The notes beneath the pieces were generated by a model that worked only from the letters and a program-made list of their open reading frames with translations, was not told the DNA's origin and ran no database searches. From positions 32,001-96,000 of the IMG/VR virus record IMGVR_UViG_3300026488_000015: a stretch of DNA of 64,000 nucleotides; one strand, given 5' to 3'. The position numbers and the translations under genes were made by a program. Of this stretch, positions 38,735 to 46,704 are shown piece by piece; within the stretch, counting starts at the first letter, position 1, and every line of letters begins with the position of its first letter. Source of the stretch: a virus.

Positions 38735-40666
38735 TTAACCGATGATTGTATCAATATCAGTCGAAGCATTAACAGCAGTGAATCTAAGAGTAATAAATTC
38801 AGCGATGTAGTTAGGTTTAACAATGATGTCTGCAATGAACTCGTTTTTCTCAACGATAGCAGGCGTGTTGTTAGACGCATCACAAATTGCTCTGTACTCA
38901 TTAATACCACGGTTACTTTGAACTGTGTTAAGGAATGGAACGATAGCACTTAAAAATCTGTTTCTTGTGAAAGAATCATTGATTTCGAATGTGAAAGATT
39001 TTGAAGTCTTATAGATTACTCTTTCAAGGTAGTTGAATAAAGCTCTTGTAGTAACTCTATCAAATGCACTTGGTACAGAAGTATAAGTCTTGTTACCCCA
39101 AATAACATTTCCAGAACCTGGGAATGAAGTTACGATATTTGTCTTGTTTTGGTACATAGCGTCTCTTTGAGTCTTGTTTGGAATGAAAGCGAATTTCTTA
39201 ACATTCTTAACGCCACCTCTTTGAATACCTGCTGCTGCAGTCCACGGATTTTGTAACTCATTAGTCTGAGCTCTAATTCCAGCCATATCTCCTGCAAGAT
39301 TTAACCATACATTTTTACCAGTGAATTTATCGAATTGGAACTTGTAGTTACCATAAAATGCTGCATAAACAGTATTTACATTCATATCTCCAGCTTTAGT
39401 GTAATCAACGATTGCTTGAGTAGCATTGATTGAAGTTTTACCAACAGTATCTTCAAATCTAGCACCAACATAAGCGATACAATCTCTTCTCATATTTGCT
39501 AAGTTAATAGCTGAAACTGGTGAAAGTTCATTAGCGATAATTAAATCAACATCGATTTCATCAATATTTTCATATAATTTGTAACCATCAATGATTTCTG
39601 CTTGAGTAGCCATACCGTTATTACCACCAGCGAATTCAACTGTATCAGCTGTAATTACACCATCTTGTGAATACATCTTAGAAGCAACACCATCAACGGC
39701 ACCGTTATCTTTAACATAAACAAGATTAGATTTTTCATTTATAACATTTTCGATGTAAGTTGATTTATTTGCATAATCAACAGCACTTTCATCTAAAGAA
39801 ACGATATAAGTTTCAACAACGATATTGTCCTTAGTGATAAGAACGGCAACTTCTCCTGCTGCAGCAGCATATTCGAATTGGTCATCGATAGTAACACCTG
39901 AGAATGCTTCTGAAGGAGTAGCTGTACTGAAATCTGATGCGTTAGCAATAGATACTTCTAAATTATCTCCCCAAACACCTGGGTTTCTAGCAAAGAATTT
40001 AAGTTTTGAACCTGCGTCATCTGTAAGTGCACTAATAGTTTCAGTTACAACATCTAATTGATATGGAACACCTGGTACATAAGCACCACCACCATCAGTA
40101 TAACCAGCAACGATTGCACCAAATCCAACTTTTGTAAACTTACCTGCACCTTCGATAGTGTAAATTACGCCGTCTTCTAAAGAAACAGTCGTAGCGTCAT
40201 CTGCTAGTGATAATTGAGTACCATTAAGTGAAACACCTAAATCAGTTAAAGAAACAAGAACATCTCCTGACTCATCTACACCGAATTGAACTCCACCTAA
40301 TGAGAACACATCCCAATCAGATTTATTCTTAACAAGTTGTGGTGTAGCTGTGATATGTGCGTCATTTGCTACAGAACCGATTTCTGCTACTGAATTAAGT
40401 GCGTCTGCACCAACTACACGAGTTACATAAGAAAAACCTGCACCGTAGTTAAGGAAGTTATAACCTTGATACCATTGATTCATAATACTTGAATTTGGTT
40501 TACCGAAAACTGTTACATAATCATTTGTTGTTCCGATTGCTGTTAATTCATCAACTGGACCTTTTACGAAATCACCAACAAATACTGCTGCTGAATTACC
40601 TACACGATTTGTTACAACCGATGCATCTATTTCTACTACTTCTGAACCTGGGCTTAATAATGCCAT
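38735..40666 (-). CDS. gp18: Tail sheath protein
   Basis: MALLSPG..V.EID, G.F.KGPV, FLNYG, PG.WG, AAG..RG, WGNKT..S.PSAFDR, FEIND.FTR, CD.SNNTP. Confidence 0.96.
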   Translation of the reverse strand: MALLSPGSEVVEIDASVVTNRVGNSAAVFVGDFVKGPVDELTAIGTTNDYVTVFGKPNSSIMNQWYQGYNFLNYGAGFSYVTRVVGADALNSVAEIGSVANDAHITATPQLVKNKSDWDVFSLGGVQFGVDESGDVLVSLTDLGVSLNGTQLSLADDATTVSLEDGVIYTIEGAGKFTKVGFGAIVAGYTDGGGAYVPGVPYQLDVVTETISALTDDAGSKLKFFARNPGVWGDNLEVSIANASDFSTATPSEAFSGVTIDDQFEYAAAAGEVAVLITKDNIVVETYIVSLDESAVDYANKSTYIENVINEKSNLVYVKDNGAVDGVASKMYSQDGVITADTVEFAGGNNGMATQAEIIDGYKLYENIDEIDVDLIIANELSPVSAINLANMRRDCIAYVGARFEDTVGKTSINATQAIVDYTKAGDMNVNTVYAAFYGNYKFQFDKFTGKNVWLNLAGDMAGIRAQTNELQNPWTAAAGIQRGGVKNVKKFAFIPNKTQRDAMYQNKTNIVTSFPGSGNVIWGNKTYTSVPSAFDRVTTRALFNYLERVIYKTSKSFTFEINDSFTRNRFLSAIVPFLNTVQSNRGINEYRAICDASNNTPAIVEKNEFIADIIVKPNYIAEFITLRFTAVNASTDIDTIIG

Positions 40667-40672
40667 TATATT

Positions 40673-40812
40673 TCTCCTAGTTACCTATTAGGTAACGATT
40701 GTTTTTGAGTGTCAATCTTACTCGTTATAGTATCTCTTTATGCAAAAGATGTATTTCGTATATACTCTATACAGTTCTTCGCCATATAGAACTTAAACAA
40801 GATTTAGCTCTT
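40673..40812 (-). promoter_or_regulatory. Long multi-hairpin 5' leader of the sheath gene
   Basis: ~145 nt between TATAAATA (40818) and the ATG, with several inverted repeats including GTTACCT-AAT-AGGTAAC next to the SD. Confidence 0.5.
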
Positions 40813-40851
40813 AAATGTATTTATAATTGATTTTAAAAAAGTTTTGTGAGA

Positions 40852-40872
40852 ATAGTCCAAGAAAAGGACTAT
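40852..40872 (-). terminator. Possible terminator/hairpin after the tube cluster
   Basis: ATAGTCC-N7-GGACTAT inverted repeat; weak U tract. Confidence 0.35.
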
Positions 40873-40885
40873 ATAGTGTGTTTTG

Positions 40886-41404
40886 TTATAATGCTACTGG
40901 AACTGCACTGTCGAAAGCAAATGTTACAGTAAAAGTACCTACTGTGTTTACTTCCGAAGCATCCATTGACATTTCACCAACTGCTTGAGGCCACATATTT
41001 AATAATGTGTAAGCTCCACCAAAGTGATTTGTACTACCGTCATTTTGTAATTGTTTAATAGTAGCTGTACTTACATAAGTGTAGTTATGCATATCAAGCA
41101 CATCATCATCCATTAACCGCATCCATAAAAGAAAAATAGTTCTTACTCTATGGTCTGAAGTTTCATAGAATGTTACTTCAAAAGTGTTACCGTAATCAGT
41201 CATACCTTGTAGTAAAGTTTTACGACCCCTAAGAAATGCTTCAACCATTGGTATATTTTTTCCAGGGAATGCAGTACTCTTAGCTAGAAGGCTACCTATC
41301 TCTTTAAAAATATCTACACCAGGTATAGCTTGGAATTGTACTTCGAATTTATTTGTTCTAGCTCCACTTCCAAGTGCTCTCTTAAGGTCGCTTATTTTAC
41401 TCAT
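40886..41404 (-). CDS. gp19: Tail tube protein paralog
   Basis: GSGARTNKFEV, FPG, RGRK...G, VTFY, NMWP..VG, FTVTFA. Confidence 0.85.
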   Translation of the reverse strand: MSKISDLKRALGSGARTNKFEVQFQAIPGVDIFKEIGSLLAKSTAFPGKNIPMVEAFLRGRKTLLQGMTDYGNTFEVTFYETSDHRVRTIFLLWMRLMDDDVLDMHNYTYVSTATIKQLQNDGSTNHFGGAYTLLNMWPQAVGEMSMDASEVNTVGTFTVTFAFDSAVPVAL

Positions 41405-41408
41405 CTAT

Positions 41409-42011
41409 CTATCCGTTAGTTGTAGTTGTAGTTGTAACGGTATCTTTTTTCAGTTTCCAGTAATCGAATGATAAAGTTACTGTGAACTCACCAATAGCAT
41501 TAACTGAATCATTTGCCATATCTAAAGTACTGATAACCTGAGGCCATATATTATGGAATGTATATGTCATTGTAGGGTTACCTTGACCATCTAGTTGTGA
41601 AATAGTGGCTGTACCACCAACACTACGGTCATTTTTGTTGTACCCTTCTACATCATCGATACTATCTTGCCAAGCGATAAACGCTTCACGAAGCTTGTGG
41701 TCTTCTGTTTCATAGAAAACTAAGTCCCAAGTGTGGTCGAATTCTGTATCACCTACTAGCATACCCTTTTTACCGCCTACCCAAACTTCCGTTTGACCTA
41801 CAGTTTTTTGTGGGAATGATGTACCTTTACATAGCAAATCAAGTTGTGTAGCATCAGTAGTTGCTGTTTGTGTGATTTTGCCATCCACTTGTACTTCTGC
41901 CGTATCGTTAAACGATGTAATAGCAGTATTTGTAGGTATAATCTGTACTAAATATTTTGTTGTTCTTAAACCAGCACCTAATGCTGATTTTAAGTTTGAA
42001 ATTGCGCTCAT
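41409..42011 (-). CDS. gp19: Tail tube protein paralog
   Basis: LCK...FP, GDTEF..TW, LRE.F..W, QLD..G, IWP, EFTVT..FDYW. Confidence 0.88.
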   Translation of the reverse strand: MSAISNLKSALGAGLRTTKYLVQIIPTNTAITSFNDTAEVQVDGKITQTATTDATQLDLLCKGTSFPQKTVGQTEVWVGGKKGMLVGDTEFDHTWDLVFYETEDHKLREAFIAWQDSIDDVEGYNKNDRSVGGTATISQLDGQGNPTMTYTFHNIWPQVISTLDMANDSVNAIGEFTVTLSFDYWKLKKDTVTTTTTTNG

Positions 42012-42034
42012 AGAAGCCTCCTTATGATTTTATG

Positions 42035-42532
42035 TTAGTTCTTTTCCCAAAAATCAAAAGAGAATGTTACTGTGAACTCACCAATAGCATTAACTGAATC
42101 ATCAGCCATATCTAATGAACTAACAACTTGCGGCCATAAGTTTGTGAACTCATACTCAGCAGTTTCTTTACCTGCACCGTCTAGTTGAAATACTTTAGCA
42201 GTTTTCATTTCTGTTTCATCGATGTGTGTATTTGTTTTAGTATCATCGATAGCCTTCATCCAAGCAATAAATTCTTCTCTTAGTGAATGGTCTTCTGTTT
42301 CGTAGAATGTAACATCCCAAGTATAATCGAATTCTGTTTCGCCTTGTAACATTGCCTTACGACCTTGTGACCATACTTCAACTTGACCTATTGTAATCTG
42401 TGGAAAGTTTGTTGCTTTACATAATGTATCAATAGTTGCTAATGCACTTGGTGTATTTATGTTTACTTTGTATTTTGTTGTTCTAACTCCACTACCTAAT
42501 GTAGTTTTTAAATCTGAAATTGCGTTTGCCAT
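42035..42532 (-). CDS. gp19: Tail tube protein (most canonical copy, own late promoter)
   Basis: LCKATNFP, GRK...GE.EF..TW.VTFY, QLD..G, LWP, EFTVTFSFDFW; TATAAATA at 42569. Confidence 0.9.
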   Translation of the reverse strand: MANAISDLKTTLGSGVRTTKYKVNINTPSALATIDTLCKATNFPQITIGQVEVWSQGRKAMLQGETEFDYTWDVTFYETEDHSLREEFIAWMKAIDDTKTNTHIDETEMKTAKVFQLDGAGKETAEYEFTNLWPQVVSSLDMADDSVNAIGEFTVTFSFDFWEKN

Positions 42533-42591
42533 ATTTCTTCTCCTGTTTTGTGTGTTTATTTACAACTGTATTTATATCTTCTATATACTAC

Positions 42592-43191
42592 CTAAAATAA
42601 ACTCATAAGTCCACCAGCAGCATCTTCTGTTTCAAAAAAACTGTATGCTAGTGTGATAGTACTTGTAGTTAATTCGGATGTATTTGTGCCATCTAAAGTT
42701 AAATCAGAAATAGCAGTAGGATAAACCCCCATATATGTATGGACTAGGCTCGTTGAACCTATTAAATCTACTAATGCTTTCTTTGTCTTTGGTGTTATTT
42801 TAATTGTAGCATCGTAAGGATTAAGATAATCAGAACCCTTAACGGCATTCAACCAATTCATAAAGAATCTTCTAGTTGTAAGCTCTCTATCATTATAATA
42901 TTCTAACTCTATTGTACCCGAATAATCATCCTCTCCAGCAACAACATATTTTCTACCCCTATGATGATATTCAGTAGTAGTAAGATTCTTACCTGGCAAT
43001 GTTACTTGTTTACAAAGAACATTAATTTTAGGCGAAATATCACTACCTATACTAGCAAGCGAATCCAACATTCCACCTGATGGGTATTCTACCTCATCTG
43101 CAAGACTACCTAAGAATATTTCGACATCGTAATCATTTCCTTGAAAACCACCTGATAAATTAAATTGTAGTGTGTATGTGTTTAAAAACAT
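42592..43191 (-). CDS. Tail tube-like paralog
   Basis: LCKQVTLPG, RGRK..VAG...Y, R.FF..W, GVYPT.IS...LD. Confidence 0.8.
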   Translation of the reverse strand: MFLNTYTLQFNLSGGFQGNDYDVEIFLGSLADEVEYPSGGMLDSLASIGSDISPKINVLCKQVTLPGKNLTTTEYHHRGRKYVVAGEDDYSGTIELEYYNDRELTTRRFFMNWLNAVKGSDYLNPYDATIKITPKTKKALVDLIGSTSLVHTYMGVYPTAISDLTLDGTNTSELTTSTITLAYSFFETEDAAGGLMSLF

Positions 43192-43727
43192 TATTTTTTC
43201 TCCTCTTCAATATCTGATTTAGTGAATAAACTAAAAGCAAATGTTACTGTGAACTCTAATAGTTCATTATTTTCTGAACTTAATGATACAGCACTTATTT
43301 CTGTTGGAAAAGAATTTAAAAATGTGTATTCTATATACTCTTTATTGTCATCTATCATACCACTTGAGCGTTTATGGACAACTTTTATGTCTTGGTATAC
43401 TTTTTTCTCGTTCGTATCTGATTTATCGGTATCGTATTCTTCAGAATAGAATTGCATCCACTTCATAAAGTTTTCTCTAAGACCATCTTCTGTCATATAA
43501 AATGTTATTTCTGTTGTGTTCTTATATGATACTTCTCTAGCAATCGGATATTTTACACCGTTCCAGACTTTCTCTATTTGTTTTCTTTCTATACTAGGTA
43601 GCTCAACACTTTTTGCTGAATATACTACAATAGCGGGATTCAATATACCTTCATCCATTCCAGGAAATATCACTTCAAACCTATTAGCACTGGCAAATTT
43701 GTTTATTATCGTATTAATATTAATCAT
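43191..43727 (-). CDS. Tail tube-like paralog
   Basis: ANRFEV, KSVELP, ITFY, LRE.F..W, NSFPT.IS.V.LS, EFTVTFA. Confidence 0.8.
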   Translation of the reverse strand: MININTIINKFASANRFEVIFPGMDEGILNPAIVVYSAKSVELPSIERKQIEKVWNGVKYPIAREVSYKNTTEITFYMTEDGLRENFMKWMQFYSEEYDTDKSDTNEKKVYQDIKVVHKRSSGMIDDNKEYIEYTFLNSFPTEISAVSLSSENNELLEFTVTFAFSLFTKSDIEEEKK

Positions 43728-43737
43728 ATATCATCTC

Positions 43738-44292
43738 CTAAAATAGTAAATCTAATAGACTGCCACCAGATGAGGCTTCTTTTGATTCTGCAGTTGAACT
43801 TGTGCTCGTTTCTTTAACCCAATTATATCCGAATGATACAGTAAATTCAGGTATTTCTATCGAGCTTGATGATAATGCAATCTCGCTCACACTCTTAACA
43901 AACCCATCAGAAAATGTATTAACTGTAAAACTATCAGGCACATCAATATCGTTATTGGTCATTTCTGAATTTGTCTGTTGAGTTACAATAATGTTTAAAT
44001 CTTTTACATCAGTGCTCATCATTGTTAGGAATGCTTCTCGGATATTTTCGCTCTCATCTTGTATAAAAGTCATTGACACTTCATTTGTAAAAGCAATCTC
44101 TCTAGGTATTACATATTTTATGCCGTTCAACCAATACTCTGCTTCATTTCTCGTTTGTTCAACTAATCTTAAATCTTTACATAATGTGTCTATAGCTAAA
44201 TCTACATCAGTTCCTGTTATTTGTAGTGAATATCTATTTGATGAAGCAAGATTCGGTAAAACTACTGTCAATACATCTGTTATTAATGCCAT
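43738..44292 (-). CDS. Tail tube-like paralog
   Basis: SNRY, IDTLCK, NG.KY.I.RE, IRE.F, VSEI.LS, EFTVSF.Y.W. Confidence 0.75.
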   Translation of the reverse strand: MALITDVLTVVLPNLASSNRYSLQITGTDVDLAIDTLCKDLRLVEQTRNEAEYWLNGIKYVIPREIAFTNEVSMTFIQDESENIREAFLTMMSTDVKDLNIIVTQQTNSEMTNNDIDVPDSFTVNTFSDGFVKSVSEIALSSSSIEIPEFTVSFGYNWVKETSTSSTAESKEASSGGSLLDLLF

Positions 44293-44293
44293 C

Positions 44294-45367
44294 TTAAACT
44301 CCTATTTCTATGCTGAAATCATAAGGTTTACTCTGTAATCCTTTATTGTCTATCACTATAACTCTTATATGTGCTGAAGAATCTTCCGTAAGATTTCCTG
44401 GTGTTACATATTTAACCTTATCTTTATTCGTTTCTATGGTACCTATATCGTTATATACACTCCATACATAAGTAAAAATATCACTATCTCTATCTTTGAA
44501 GTGGACTTTTAATACAGCACTCTTACCATCATTAAGACTTACATTTCCTGATATATGAGATATAATGGGTTCTGTATTACCATCTTCATCTTCGCTTGAA
44601 ATGTTATCTATTATAGGATTATTCTGACCCATTGTTTCGAAAAATTCTTCTTTCTTATGTGAAGTTTTATTTAGTAATTCATCTACATCAAACTCGTACT
44701 TAGCACTTCTTAGTTCTTCATCGTTGGGTTTCATACCCATATAGATTTTAACTTTTTCTACTTTCTCTGCATCTTTAATCGGTGGATACATATTACCTTT
44801 TACTAAGATACTTAATGAACCTTCGATTAGTCTGATTTCATCTTCGCCGTATTCTTCAGGTAAAACAATATCTGCACTTTCTAACATAATAGGAATACTA
44901 GTTGGTTCATCTTGAATCTCTAATTCATTAACGAAAAGAGAATAACTAGGATTAAAGAAAGGTATAATTTGTTCTTGAATCATACTCATATCCATCATAG
45001 TTCTCGTAGCAATACTAATAGTGAATGAGAAATCTACTGCAACAGCATTATACTGAAACGATATTCTTTCTCCATCAATTACTTTGTTAATTTTTGTGTA
45101 TTTGTTTGTTTGTCTTTGTTTATTTGGAGTCATACTCTCAAAAGTTAATGCCATTCTAGGTAGAATATTAACATTTCCTCTAAGCATAGCTTCAGAATCT
45201 TGTTCGCTAAGAATAAAGGCTTTATCTCTCGCACCAAAAGTGATAGGTACAGTATGATGTGTAGTGGACAGACCATCGCTAGAAACTCTTTCAATTTCTA
45301 TATCATTGAAAGTGTCTAGTAAAGCCATAGTTATTTTAGAAATTGTTTTATGGTGATAAAAGGTCAT
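44294..45367 (-). CDS. gp15: Tail sheath stabiliser/terminator gp15 with C-terminal Ig/PKD-like extension
   Basis: FYH...K....L.D.F..I.I.R, VPITFG.RDK, LPRM, EQI.PFF.P, YPPI; start taken at MTFYHHK. Confidence 0.85.
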   Translation of the reverse strand: MTFYHHKTISKITMALLDTFNDIEIERVSSDGLSTTHHTVPITFGARDKAFILSEQDSEAMLRGNVNILPRMALTFESMTPNKQRQTNKYTKINKVIDGERISFQYNAVAVDFSFTISIATRTMMDMSMIQEQIIPFFNPSYSLFVNELEIQDEPTSIPIMLESADIVLPEEYGEDEIRLIEGSLSILVKGNMYPPIKDAEKVEKVKIYMGMKPNDEELRSAKYEFDVDELLNKTSHKKEEFFETMGQNNPIIDNISSEDEDGNTEPIISHISGNVSLNDGKSAVLKVHFKDRDSDIFTYVWSVYNDIGTIETNKDKVKYVTPGNLTEDSSAHIRVIVIDNKGLQSKPYDFSIEIGV

Positions 45368-45395
45368 TTTGATTCTCCTTTTAGAGATATTTATA

Positions 45396-46091
45396 TTACT
45401 TATCAGGTAAGAAGCCATTAATCAAATCATTTGTTGAAAGGATATAATTATTTTGTATATTAGTAGTACCATTTTCAGAACCGTTTATGTCATCGTTCAT
45501 TTGTTCTTGACGCATATACTGCTTCAGCTTGACCTGAGTTTCTGCTACATCCTTATAGATTTTTGAAAGGAGCTGTACCTGATTAGCTACAGCTTTCATT
45601 AAGGAAGAGAATCCCTCTAATATTGTGGGAGAAATATCATCGATTGATACCATTAACATTTCATCTGTGAATTTTTTCTGAACAGCTCTACCATCAGCTA
45701 GAGAATCCAAAAGAATAGCTCTCATTTTAGCAAAATCGTTACTCAATAAATCAATATTGAATGCTGATGCTTTAATGTCCTCTGTTATTTCGTAACCAGC
45801 TTGTTTGTACTCAACAGCATCTTTCCTTACAGTATCTATACCTTCTTGTATATTGCTTGTCATAGCATCAGAGCTAACACCGAATGCGTCTGATAGCGTA
45901 TCAAATTTTGCTGCTACACCTGCTATATTTTCTTGTGAGGGGTTGTGTTCAAACTGCTCTATGATGTCGATAAATTCCTGAGTGGTTTCATCAACATCTT
46001 CTATGAGTTCTACGGTATTTACTTCTTCTAGTGTTTCTTCTAAATCACCTAGTATATCTGCTAGACCTAAATCATCTAAATTTGTATCCAT
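45396..46091 (-). CDS. Putative terminase small subunit
   Basis: Helical protein near gp17; C-terminal TTNIQNNYILSTNDLI typical of T4-like small terminases. Confidence 0.55.
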   Translation of the reverse strand: MDTNLDDLGLADILGDLEETLEEVNTVELIEDVDETTQEFIDIIEQFEHNPSQENIAGVAAKFDTLSDAFGVSSDAMTSNIQEGIDTVRKDAVEYKQAGYEITEDIKASAFNIDLLSNDFAKMRAILLDSLADGRAVQKKFTDEMLMVSIDDISPTILEGFSSLMKAVANQVQLLSKIYKDVAETQVKLKQYMRQEQMNDDINGSENGTTNIQNNYILSTNDLINGFLPDK

Positions 46092-46125
46092 ATCTATTCC
46101 TTATAAAGACTCGCTTTATAAGTAT

Positions 46126-46674
46126 TTATGAATCTAGTAAATCAGCGTATTTACCTATTTTCTTAACGGCTTTAGCGTGTTTTTCTTGTGCCTTCCAAGC
46201 CTTTTCTATAATAACTTTAATTTTAGAATTCATAGGTAGTTCACGAATTTCTTCTGTGATTTTAGCACCATTCTTTATAAGCATTCTTACTGTACCAGCT
46301 TCTGTATCATAACCTTTGAGGTGGTTACCTAATGGTGTATCTCCCCATTTATTTTCCTTAGCCCAATCCATTTTCTCATTTTTGATGACCTTAAAGAATT
46401 CTGGTTTGTCTTGTTGGAATAATGTGTGTAATACTGTTGATTGGTTGTCTTCATCTTCAGCATTTAGATTACAATCTCCACTCTTTACAAGATATTTGAA
46501 AATCTTAAACGAACCTTTATTTACTGTCGTTCTATCTAAAATATTCTGATAACCTAGATAAGCATCAAGATTTCCACCGGCTTTATGCCATTTCTTAAAT
46601 TTTGTTAAATCATCTTGTTTAATGATTTCTGATACGGTTTCTAATTCTTCGCCTTCTAATATTTCTTTTTTCAT
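46126..46674 (-). CDS. Ankyrin-repeat protein
   Basis: KYLVKSGD.NLNAED...STVLH, ENKWGDTPL, VRMLIKNGAKI. Confidence 0.75.
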   Translation of the reverse strand: MKKEILEGEELETVSEIIKQDDLTKFKKWHKAGGNLDAYLGYQNILDRTTVNKGSFKIFKYLVKSGDCNLNAEDEDNQSTVLHTLFQQDKPEFFKVIKNEKMDWAKENKWGDTPLGNHLKGYDTEAGTVRMLIKNGAKITEEIRELPMNSKIKVIIEKAWKAQEKHAKAVKKIGKYADLLDS

Positions 46675-46704
46675 TGTTATCTCCGTTTATTGGTATTTAT
46701 CGTT

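Noticed and set aside
27344-44292. Bacterial contractile injection system (eCIS/T6SS) suggested by multiple tube genes
   Set aside because: Terminase, RNA ligase, T4 late promoters, endolysin and T4-type gp6/gp15/gp18 show this is a phage genome
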